Below, one piece after another: positions 53,748 to 64,000 of a stretch of 64,000 nucleotides of DNA. The stretch is from Antedon mediterranea (lineage: Eukaryota; Animalia; Echinodermata): contig NC_092673.1 of the NCBI RefSeq assembly GCF_964355755.1, positions 3,968,001 through 4,032,000 on the forward strand, written 5' to 3'. Made by a program: the position numbers and the translations under genes. How positions within the stretch are numbered: position 1 is the first letter of the stretch; every line of letters begins with the position of its first letter. The notes beneath the pieces were generated by a model that saw only the letters and a list, made by a program, of their open reading frames with translations, searched no databases and had not been told where the DNA came from.

Positions 53748-54427
53748 TGCACTTGTCAATTGTATGACGCACTATACGACCCCCGGGAGAGGTGCGTCAT
53801 TTGTCCGATGTGAGTCATACCTTTGTATACCATGACGCACCCCTGCGTCAAAAAAGTGACTTACCTTTACTAGACAATGACGCACCTATTTTTAAATTAT
53901 TGACGGACCTTTTAGTGAATTATGACGCACCATGACTGTCTTTTTGACGTACCTTCACTGACGATTGTTGACCCCGACTACTGCAGTGCATGCAGTGTTA
54001 TATCAAAAATCTCAAACTAATACGCGTGTCTGGTGCTATATGGAGGCGCGCCAGGGTCGTCGATCGATGTTAATCAGGCCGGCTAGGAACGTTCTCGCGC
54101 GATCACACAATCACACAAAGATTGGAACGGCTATTTATAATACAAATATTATGTCATTTTCCAGTTTGGCCGATAGAGGGCGCGAGTGATGACGCTCTCA
54201 AGCGTGACAATGTACAACCTGGCCGCCCCTCCGCGATCGTCAAGGCCTTGTTTTCAGGCTTTTTGGGTGGCGCGGGTCGGTGGTAAAGTGACGGACATTG
54301 ACGCACCATTGAACATTGAGGCGACGCACCATTTGGGTTCTTTGACGCACCCCTGTGTCATTAATTATTTGTAAATGACGCACCACTCCCGGGGGTCGTA
54401 TAGTGCGTCATACAATTGACAAGTGCA
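53748..54427. mobile_element. 680-bp PIF/Harbinger-like non-autonomous element in RPL26 intron 1
   Basis: Perfect ~41-bp TIR TGCACTTGTCAATTGTATGACGCACTATACGACCCCCGGGA; TAA TSD at 53745 and 54428; many subterminal TGACGCAC motifs. Confidence 0.85.
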
Positions 54428-54498
54428 TAAGGCTAGCCAAAGCCTACCACACTACAGTTAACTCATAATTAATCATTTTTTGTACTTTGACAGGCAAC

Positions 54499-55417
54499 AT
54501 GAAGAGGAATCCATTATGTAGCTCCTCCAGGAGGAAAAACCGTAAACGATACTTCAATGCCCCTTCACATGTAAGGAGGAAGCTGATGAGCTCTCCTCTT
54601 TCGAAAGAATTGCGTCAAAAATACAACGTTCGTAGTATGCCAATTCGTAAAGAAGATGAAGTACAGGTAAGACTGTCACATTAATTACATTACAATCCAA
54701 ATTTTCATTTAAAGAAAATTAAAAATGATAATTTCAGAAGTCTGTAATAATAATCAATAATAATTGTATTTGATTTACATTTTTTTCAAGGTTACGAGAG
54801 GACATTTCAAAGGACAGCAAGTTGGGAAAGTAGTACAAGTCTACCGTAAAAAGTTTGTTATCCATATTGAGCGCATTCAACGAGAAAAAGCCAATGGCGC
54901 TCAAGTGAATGTTGGCATCCATCCAAGCAAGGTATAATTAATTATTTATTGTAATTTTAACTGTTACATACAACCTTGCTTGCTTACTTAAATAAACAAT
55001 AACAAAAAGCTAAATTTGAATAAAAAATGGCAGTTTTAGTAAAATAAAAATACTCCACTAGAACTATACAAATCACATACAAATGGTGCTTACTTCATCA
55101 TATCTTTTACTTATTTACATTTATTTATTTAATGTTTGAATTTCCTTGATTTTTAAATACTTTGGTTCCTATTTTTAAAATGAGAATGCTTTATAATCAT
55201 GATGATGTATGTACATGCGTGCGAACATATGTTCGTTCGTTTGCCTACTTTGTATCGTTGTGATTGCTTTTTAATTCTCTTTTTTTAGGTTGTTATTGTC
55301 AAATTGAAGCTTGATAACGATCGTAAGAAGATCCTTGCTCGTAAAGCCGCCTCACGCCAACAAGCAGCAGACAAGGGTAAACACACAGAAGAATCCGTAG
55401 CTATGGCAACAGAATAA
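54499..55417 (+). CDS. RPL26: 60S ribosomal protein L26 (uL24)
   Basis: Exons 54499-54666, 54791-54931 and 55289-55417 translate to [120 protein letters not shown] at 55442. Confidence 0.97.
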
Positions 55418-56831
55418 AATCATGGATTTAAATAGTGTTGAAATAAAGTTGATTATGCTGTACAGATGAAATTTAGTTTTTGTGTTCATTTTTTGGTTTA
55501 AAGCGTCTTTCACACCGGCTCTGGCAAATCAAATTGATTGGTGCCGGAACAGGTGTGAAAGGCCTTTTATACAAACTACAGTACTACTGCATGCTACAGA
55601 CTTTTGTTGGGGTTCCTAAAGATGAGTTCTCTTGAATTATAAAATAATATCTTGGGTTTACCGTTTTCTAGATCTAAAAACTAATTCTTATAGATGTATT
55701 GTCACCCTAAAACATGAAAAATTTATTATTAATAAGACTTTGAATAGGCCATTTTGCAGTTTTAATAAAGTTAATCACTTCTGTAAAAAAGCACTTTTAC
55801 TTATAAAGACAAAATAAATGGTTAAATTTCAACCAAACACCCATCGACTTCCAGTAAATTTGACCATTGTTTGCTTCAAATTGCAGTTTTTTAAAATTTT
55901 TTGTCAAATTGAATAACTATTATGTGGCATTCAAATGGTATATTCAACAAAACATTTAAAAAAATTATTTTTTCATCATTATTTAAAAAAAAATTGTGGA
56001 GCTGTAGACTATGGCTTGTAGTAAACATGCTTTCCTTCTAAATCTCAAAGTCTGATATTCAATGACCTAACACTAGTATCAGGGTTGCAACTCTGGTTCT
56101 ACCTCACTACATTAAGCCTCGAATTAAACTATATTGATATAATAATATACAGTAATGAATGATCATGGAGATATTAAAATTGAAGACAATAACTCAAAGA
56201 TTGAAATGATAGGAGGTTGTGAACAGCAGGGAGAGACAAATGTAACTACTGTACACCACTAAAACCGACCATTATCTTATTTTACATTATACCAAAATTA
56301 AAGATTTTATGAAATATAAGGAGTTAATTTAATTACCGTAATTAACATCTTCCTGATTGACTGAGGCTGTTTACCATAACAGGGTCTAAAATAATTTGTG
56401 ATTTGGTAACATTTTTTATTTAAACAGCATATACCCATGTGGTCCTTCGTCAGTATTCATTCAGATCCAGATATCAATGATGATTGATATTAATACATGA
56501 GAATAAGATTAATAATAATATAATCGGTTAGTTCAAAGAACTTAAAATTACCCAGGGACGGATGCAATATATATATATATATATAAAGCATAAGGAAGGG
56601 AAAAAATAATTAGCAATTCGCAACAATAAAACCCAATAAAATTATATATAGATTATGATGAAGATAACGTGTTATACTATACGTTCATTTTTTTTGCAAG
56701 ATTTGCCTTCCATAGGTAATCGCTAATCGGTCAAGCGGAAAACCCCCGAATTTCAAATCGACAGAGCGAGAGGGACTTTGCCCTTTTTTATTAGTTTTGT
56801 TGCGTTTATTTTAATTGTTTTATCAATTGTA

Positions 56832-59277
56832 ATGGAGGTGACTGGAATTACAAGAAAACGAACTGCAGCTTGGAATTGGAATGAAAACAATGTAGGCCTA
56901 GCCGACTTTGAAATCACCATGATAAACCAATCGGCTTCAAATGGTTTCCAAGTGTCCCCGGTAAGTAAGTTGCGTTGTTCGCCCAGCAGAAGTGTTGATT
57001 GTAGGTAGGCCTAGTGGACGTTATACTCTAGGCCTAGTAGGCCTAGGCCTAGCAATATAATGGTCAACAATGATAGGTCTAGGCTAGGACTACAATATTA
57101 AGGCTAGGCCTATATTCTATGAATTTATGATAACCTGCCTGTCTGTATTTTTTTTAATGTAGTGTACTATTTAGTATTGTTAATAATGAATTTTTAAAAA
57201 AAGAAATAGGCCTATAGGGAGATTTTATAACACTATAGAGGGCGCTATAATAATACATCAAACCATAGAGGGTGCTTTGAAAAACCTAACAATATTGGCA
57301 ACAACTATTTAATGCATGCCAATGTCGAAAAATGCGTTTGCAACTCGTTATTTCACTTATAATAATATTATTATTAAACAACGCATGAATTATTATAAAC
57401 ATTATATTGACCAATATTAATTACCGTATTTAAAATAAGTATGTATATATAAGTGTTCTGTTCTCTTATCAATATCAGGTTAGTAGAAATTCTAAATTAA
57501 AACATATCGGGATAATTTTTGTGGTTTATCCAATATATCAATAGCAATTGAATTTTAGCGGGAGAGCACTAAAAATAGAGACTCCCGCATATCGGGATAG
57601 TTGGGATGTCTGTAAATTTAAGGTAGGCCACACTACTACTACTACTCTAGGCCTACTTTACTGAAGTACTACTACTACTGGCAGAGAGGTATCTGTGAGT
57701 AGGCCTTTATGTGTAGCTGCCAATTAGCAAATCAATTTTTAAAAATCCTGATGAACAGTACAACATAGCCTAAATATCCCAATTAAAATTTTCAGAAACG
57801 ACGATGCCTTGGTCTCCAACATACAAATACTTCCAACATGTTGCCTGTAGCTCCTGTGTACCAGCAGAAACAAAATAATATACCATCAATACAGCAAGAT
57901 CAGTACAACAGACAGACTGATCAAATGCCTGTAGAAGAGGAGATGGAGACACAGACAGTAACGCAGAATACAGAAGAAGTAAGTGTTCTCATGTATCGGT
58001 ACATTTCATTACTTAAGCGTGGTTCCCACTAGCGACGCAACACAAGGACGTAACGCAACGCAAGTGAATTAACCAATCACAAGCGATGGCTTATTCGCTT
58101 GTGATTGCTAACTGTCTATAACTTCGCTTGTCATTGGTTAAAACGCTTGCGTTGCGTTTACGTCCTTGCGTTACGTTCTAGTGGGAACCAAGCTTAAGCT
58201 TACTATTAACCCCTCATCATCCCCTCATCTTTCCTCGGTTGTTTTGCTGAACGTCTATCAAACACAGAATTCCCTTTTAAGGTTGTTCACTTTAAGACCA
58301 AACCTGTGAGTGACCTAGTTTGACAAAAAGTGTGATGTGCCCAAATATGGTAGTGAAATGCTTAAATATGGTATCATAATCATATCATTTATTTCGCCAA
58401 ATACAGTACAAAGACATAAAAACTTTACAAAAGTAAATCAATGAGGCAGGATCACCTAAAAGTTATAAATAAATATAACCGTCGCGAGGCTCTCCACATA
58501 GAATTACGTACATAAAATGAATAACAAAAATGAATTCCTTTAATATCGTTGTTAGACCTTACATTAATTACGGTTTATCTATCTGTTTTCTAACTCGTGA
58601 TATGACATCATGTCCATATATCTGCACATCAAATTTTTTTGTCAGATAAAGTTTATTAGTGTAGACAGAGCTTTAGACTTTAAACTTTTTTAAATATATT
58701 CAAAATGATAATCAGTAACCAATAATAAGATAACTTATTTCTTTATGGTAAATATATAATTTATAAAAAATTTTAAATATTTTTTATTTGGTGGCTCATG
58801 GCTCTCAAAATGTTCCCTTTTTATTTAATTATAAATGTTATATTAATATTTAATATTATTTATAAACTATTGTACACAGTTTATAATTAATATAATCACT
58901 GAAATAATTGAAAATATTGTTTACTTCACCTAGGAAACCAGAAAAAGTGATGTGTGTTTGCGATGCCTTGCAGGTGAACCGGTAAGCTTTTATCCATGAT
59001 GATTTGTTGTATAGAGTTGTGTATCTTGGGGAGAGGGATAGTACATGTACTAACTAGGTTAATCTTTCCAACGTCCACAAATGAAAAAAAAATGGCTACT
59101 ATTATTACAAACAACCTTTTCTACTTAACTTTAGGGAATAAGTAAACACTCTTTTCCATTCCATTTTATACAATTAATTTAAATTCAGCAAAAGTATGAG
59201 TCTGACAGTACATTATATAATTATTATTATATTATTCTCTTTTTCAGGGACATATATTGCATATTTTAAGCAGTTAG
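56832..59277 (+). CDS. C10orf143-like small protein (~129 aa) with C-terminal CxxC..HxxH motif
   Basis: In-frame exons 56832-56960, 57796-57978, 58934-58981, 59248-59277. RKR...SPKRRCL segment and C-terminal CLRCLAGEPGHILHILSS resemble, from memory, the CPRCIAGESGH end of vertebrate C10orf143. Confidence 0.75.
58016..58195. mobile_element. Harbinger-like MITE
   Basis: AGCGTGGTTCCCACTAG..CGCAACGCAAG / CTTGCGTTGCG..CTAGTGGGAACCAAGCT; TTA/TAA flanks. Confidence 0.7.
58314..58672. mobile_element. MITE family A copy interrupted by a ~220-bp insertion
   Basis: Left part 58314-58373 and right part 58598-58672 of the family, separated by unrelated sequence. Confidence 0.6.
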
Positions 59278-60002
59278 TAGAATAGACAATGCAGTTCAGT
59301 ACTGAGACAAGATTAAACAGGCGTTTGTTCTTCACAAGTTTTCCAATCCAGTACATCACCCTGGTTGTCAACCAATCATTTATAACCCATATACTTAAGC
59401 TTCATGTGTGCCAAAAATGATCCATTTATTTCACAGAACATATAAATGCTTATATCTGCAGAATTTTATTTTGTGATAAACTGTTTTATAATTTTTAAAA
59501 AAAGATATTGTGTATAAATTGATTTTACAATTTTTGTCTTAAATAATAATGAAGATATTTTCGTATGTTTGTTTTTACATTAAAAAAAATAGGTTTGTAA
59601 AAATGATGATTCAGTATTAAAATTAAAATTATATGTAAATAATATAAAAAAACAGTACTATGATGTCTTAGTGATCATAATAGGAAATACAAAGTTAGTA
59701 TATTTAACTTACGGATTGCACTGGCGTTTAAAAACTGCACGTATTTCAAAGCATTGTCTTGATTGTTGCTTTAGAGCCTGTCCTGAATATAGGAATATAT
59801 TTATTGCTATGCATGTCAATTTGACTTTTATAACTCCATGCTTTTGCTTTAGGATATACAGTATTATGTATATTCTTTTTTAAATTTAAGACATTTTTAC
59901 ACTAATAAACTATGTAAATTTCAATTACTGTACTTCTTTTTGAATCTGATTATTCTAATGGCAAGTTGACATGATTACTACCACTACAATATTAATGTAC
60001 TA

Positions 60003-60185
60003 TAAAGGTAAAGGTTCCGTATTAAATTCTGAACATAAGCCTCGGCATTATGTGGTAGGGTGGCCAGTTCCTTTCCACAGCACCTTGTCCTCCCTAGCAT
60101 TTTCAACCAGGTACTCATTTACAGCAGGAATTGAACTCAGGTCTCTCTGTATGACAGTCAAGTGTCCTAACCACTTGGCTACCCA
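60003..60185 (-). mobile_element. SINE-like repeat
   Basis: AAGCCTCGGCATTATGTGGTAGGGTGGCCAGTTCCTTTCCAC... shared with 10200-10480; tRNA-like head on the minus strand. Confidence 0.55.
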
Positions 60186-60500
60186 ATTCCTAATGTACTG
60201 TATATATAGCTAAAAACCCTAGTATCACAAGATTTTAAAATTGATGTGTGGACACACTTTAAAAAGTGTGTCCACACATCAATTTATTCAAATCAAGTTA
60301 TTAGTACGGATCATGTACTGTATATATGCGACCTGAGTATTGAATCTCCCCTCCCTTATAATACCACAACCCTCTTGAAAATCCATGAGCCTATGCAATA
60401 CAAGGACTGCAACATAAGTACTGTTCCCACAAATTCTAAATATGCATTATTTGTTGATATACTGTATATTAATTTGAATGGTTGTCTTGAATTCCTTGTA

Positions 60501-60573
60501 CTAATTTGGTTCCGATGGATGTCTCTCAATTGCTTTTGGCAAGGTTTCTCCAGCAGGTCCTTTGAAGTGGAAA
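60501..60573 (-). CDS. SIRT5: Terminal coding exon of sirtuin-5 (rest of the gene lies to the right of the window)
   Basis: Acceptor TATTGCAG followed by FHFKGPAGETLPKAIERHPSEPN*, matching the SIRT5 C-terminal FHFQGPCGTTLP motif. Not in the ORF track. Confidence 0.75.
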
Positions 60574-61618
60574 CTGCAATACATAGATAAACATTCCAAT
60601 AAACCAGAGATTTTAAAAAAAAGGAAGTAATCAAGATTTGTATTGTGACTGTCACATGATGATGAAGTATCTTATTGAGTGTCCAGACACTCTTGAGAAA
60701 TGAAAATGTTGATAGCCATTTACCATTAGAATATTTTTATTTTTAATATTATTTTATTTTTTTACAAAAGGTACATTGATTAGCATTGTTTTTGTTTGGT
60801 GATTGACATGTCATTTTCACGTTTCATAAGCTTTGTCTACACCTATCAAACTAGTTTGACAAAACAAATAAGTTTAAAAAAGCAAGTATATAGAAAACTG
60901 TTGGTTTCTATTGGCTCATGTGTGTATAAAATTCAAAAGAAAGTAATATTAACATGAATGCTAATTTCTGTTTTTCTCCACAGATTCAGTACATGTTAAC
61001 ACTGTTATGAGTACAAACATTGTGGTTAATTAAATCTATAATTTATACAAGAAATATTGGTATTTACTAATTTACAACTTCAGGGGTATTATAGCACTCA
61101 ATTATTTATACCGTTTAAATTTGTGTGTTATGCGCAATTCTGAATATGAACAATTCTTGAAAAAACCTTGGACGAGGAGATACCATTTTTACTTGTATTG
61201 CTGTTCTGAGGATATATCTCGAATGGAAGTTAGTTAGGCCTATTAATTTACACAAATATTTCATTTTCCGGGTTACGTAATTGGAAGGAAAGTGGGCCAA
61301 TCCCATCAGGTGCCGTTTTTGGCCACCTCGAATATAAATATATATATATATATATATATAAATCCAAAGGCAAATTACTGAGAAAAATGACAATGCTGTG
61401 GGTATCAGTGGCTGGATCTCAATGGAGATACAAACACTTGAAGCTTTTGTCTTTGTTTTAAATTTCCTGCTTTATAAGCAACCATTCCTGCTTTGTACAC
61501 CATAGCTTTTGGAGGCGTGCCTTTATAACTATGCCTTTTGTTTGTTAACATCTTTGATTGGCTGATTTGTTTTATTATGTAATTTTGTGACTTATATATG
61601 TTATCCTTTGTTACAATT

Positions 61619-61663
61619 CTTTTCACCTGATGATGGGCTATGCCCGAAACATGTCGTTAAAAT
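61619..61663 (+). ncRNA. Minimal type I hammerhead ribozyme
   Basis: TTTTCAC-CTGATGA-T-GGGC-TAT-GCCC-GAAAC-ATGT-C-GTTAAAA: intact core, stem II, palindromic ACATGT stem III, GUC cleavage triplet, one mismatch in stem I. Confidence 0.8.
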
Positions 61664-61760
61664 AAATCTATATTGAGGCAGTTTTAACTTATTTGATCTT
61701 GATTTTTTTCTATATCCTGCCTATGCAGCTCTTTGATTTATATATATATATAATTATATA

Positions 61761-62150
61761 TATATATAAATCATACTGTAAATTATAGAAACAGTGCTCA
61801 TATTCGGAACATGATCTCCTAATCGCATCGAGCATAGCTCATTGGCGAAAGTTCCGTATTTTTTTAGTTGTATGAAAAAATGTCTCTGGCGGGATTCGAA
61901 CCTGCAACCTCTCGCTTACATACCACTAGACCACAGAGCCATGTATGGTATTATCACAGATTTTCACCCACCAGAAACATTCTCTCATACAACAAACGCC
62001 CTCACAATCAGTGGAGGCTTAACAAGTCAGAATAAATTCCAACTTTAATTCGCAACGGAACTTTCGCCAATGAGCTATGCTCGATGCGATTAGGAGATCA
62101 TGTTCCGAATATGAGCACTGTTTCTATAATTTACAGTATGATTTATATAT
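61761..62150. repeat. ~95-bp perfect inverted repeat pair flanked by (TA)n, enclosing a degenerate tRNA-like segment
   Basis: 61761-61858 is inverted at 62055-62150; A-box/B-box-like GTGGTCTAGTGG and GGTTCGAATCCC on the minus strand at ~61885-61940. Confidence 0.75.
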
Positions 62151-62520
62151 AATTTACACAGTGCTACGCAACATCATTGATTTACATATACACAATATTA
62201 TTTAAAAAAACCGTTGCGAATTAAAGTTGGAATTTATCCTGACTTGTTAAGCCTCCACTGATTGTGAGGGCGATTTTCACCCACCAGATACATTCTCTCA
62301 TACAACAATCGCCCTCACAATAAAAGTATCTCTTCGGAGATCCCGCCTCGTGAATAAAAATACTGAAAGATGAAGGCGTATCAATTTGATCTCTGATTTT
62401 CACCCACCAGATACATTCTCTCATACAACAATCGCCCTCACAATAAAAGTATCTCTTCGGAGATCCCGCCTCGTGAATAAAAATACTGAAAGATGAAGGC
62501 GTATCAATTTGATCATGAAA

Positions 62521-62593
62521 GCCCCAGTGGTCTGATGGTTAGGACATCTGCATATCAAGCAGGCGGTCCGAGTTCGAGTCTCGGTTGGGGGCG
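62521..62593 (+). pseudogene. tRNA-like cloverleaf (ATC in the anticodon position) followed by a T5 terminator
   Basis: GCCCCAG-TG-GTCT(GATGGTT)AGGAC-A-TCTGC(ATATCAA)GCAGG-CGGT-CCGAG(TTCGAGT)CTCGG-TTGGGGGC; atypical A32 and an extra G in the acceptor stem. Confidence 0.5.
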
Positions 62594-62718
62594 ACTTTTT
62601 CTCATTCTCACAGAATTCCTCATCTTTATCGTTTAAAATTAATTAATTAAATTTCACTATATCACCCGGGCGGTTTAGAATTACTGTTCTTTGCCTGATT
62701 TGTTTATATATATGTATA

Positions 62719-64000
62719 AATCCAACTGAAAAAATGACAATGCTGTGGGTATCAGTGGCTGGATCTCAATGGAGATACAAAAAAAAGCGAAAAGCTAAAT
62801 CAAAACGATAAAGTAAAACAGCCAGAAAAATTAGCAGAGCTCTCGTGCAACACTAGCCCTTCATCAGTGCAAGTGAAGGAATTTGGATAACGTCATAGTA
62901 TAAGAGCTGGCAAGTGCTGCCTGGGTGGACAGGAATAAGAGAAATACAACAAAAGGAGACAGGGTGGAGTCTGAATAAGAGTAGAAGACAAAGAAGTTAG
63001 CTTGGTAGAGATATAAACAATTTTGGAATGAAACTAAAAAAACAGCTTAAATGGTGGTTAATATTGAAACTTAAATTTTGGTAGTCAATGGAATACTTTT
63101 ACCGATCTGGGAGTATGTTCCTAATGCTAAGTCCAAAAGGTTTTGTGGTTTTAAGTTGTAATTCCCAGTGGGTTTTTTTTTTGTCTTTGCGAGTTTTTTC
63201 GCTTCATTTGACATCGTGGTCTATTGCAATAACTCTGAAATTTGCATGATCGAGTGACCAGCTGAATTAAAATGTTCGGCTACAGGTTGATCAAGCTTTA
63301 ATGTTTTGATAGCTGATCTGTATTGTGTCATTCTCATACGGAGAGTGTTTTTTGTTTCTCCGACGTACTGTTTGCCACAAATATTACAGTATATGAGATA
63401 AATGACGTTTTTGGTTAGACAATTAATTGATTGTCTTATCCGAAAAATGCGGCCAGTTTGGTTACTCTTAAATTTTTCAGTAGAATCAACCAATGAACAA
63501 GTTTTGCAAGATTTGCCGCAAAGGTGACTGCCCAAATTTTGGCTGTCATGAGAGTTAATTACACTAAATTTGGATCTGACTAATATATCACGAAGGTTGG
63601 GAGGTCTACGAAATGCAATAATGGGTGGTTCCGGAAAAACAGTCCTGAGACGTTCTGTGGACTGTAATGGGCATATGTTTCTCAATAATAGCCCGTTATG
63701 GGTGATAGGGCGTGACCAATGGCACTCTGGTCGATTTTTTTGGCTGACTTGGTTTGTACATCAGTGTTTCACATCGAGCAATATCTTTTGCTTTCTTTAT
63801 AGCAGTTTCGATGTATTCCTTCTTGTAATTTCTATTTCGGAGATGTCCGGTTAGTTCTTCGGTACGATTCTGAAAATCTAAATCTGAAGAACAGATACGT
63901 AATGCTTGACTGTACGGTATTTTTTAGTAAAGTGTCGGGGATGACAACTGCTAGGGAGCAGGTACATATTTTTATCCGTGGGTTTACGGAATAGGTCAGT
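62719..64000 (-). mobile_element. Degenerate Penelope-like retroelement (Neptune/Naiad-type): RT thumb + Zn-knuckle + GIY-YIG endonuclease, 3' end at (TA)n
   Basis: TDLFRKPTDKNMYLLPSSCHPRH..IPYSQALRIC thumb motif; AFRRPPNLRDILV, CGKSCKTC, NVIYLIYCNICGKQYVGET..R..EHF, L.T..P.GL. Frameshifts and stops present; truncated by the window edge. Confidence 0.88.
62833..62872 (-). ncRNA. Degenerate hammerhead ribozyme in the Penelope 3' region
   Basis: TTGCA-CTGATGA-A-GGGC-TAGTGTT-GCAC-GAGA-GCTC-TGC; GAAA changed to GAGA and one stem II mismatch. Confidence 0.55.

Noticed and set aside
53965-54374. Short ORFs in RPL26 intron 1 and other 60-110-aa ORF-track entries
   Set aside because: They lie within MITEs or introns, or antisense to real exons, with no recognisable motifs.
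55199-55265. C/D box snoRNA in RPL26 intron 3
   Set aside because: ATGATGA is present but there is no CTGA D box (GTGA instead), and it lies too close to the acceptor; better explained as a hairpin.
62521-62593. Functional tRNA-Asp gene
   Set aside because: ATC anticodon, A32, an imperfect acceptor stem and a repeat context; treated as tRNA-like only.
63155-63230. In-frame TGA in the GIY-YIG C-terminus as possible selenocysteine (Naiad-type)
   Set aside because: The position fits a mutated Trp rather than Cys, the copy has frameshifts, and I found no convincing SECIS stem in 62720-63100.

Overview
AT-rich, intron-dense animal genomic DNA; a marine invertebrate such as an echinoderm is plausible but is inference. 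I assembled seven spliced genes by hand from GT-AG boundaries: (1) a secreted endonuclease/exonuclease/phosphatase (EEP) protein (minus); (2) WDR6 (minus), with two U12-type introns; (3) a ~1170-aa LRR + Cys-rich + ~9-10-TM receptor-like protein that is neither an LGR nor a TLR (plus); (4) a short tandem-DED-only protein (minus) sharing a bidirectional promoter with (5) RPL26 (plus); (6) a C10orf143-like small protein (plus); (7) the last exon of SIRT5 (minus). The dominant structure is a 10.9-kb foldback element (23330-34256, 9-bp TSD ACCACCACC). Its two arms are inverted arrays of a ~184-bp satellite with higher-order repeats, and it sits at the WDR6 5' end. Introns carry Harbinger, Kolobok and ISL2EU-like MITEs, nested Helentron-type elements, a Helitron and asymmetric hairpin elements. 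The last SIRT5 intron holds a cluster of (TA)n-anchored Penelope-like ends with hammerhead ribozymes and tRNA-like modules. Exon coordinates were read manually and may be off by a few bases; no database searches were run.
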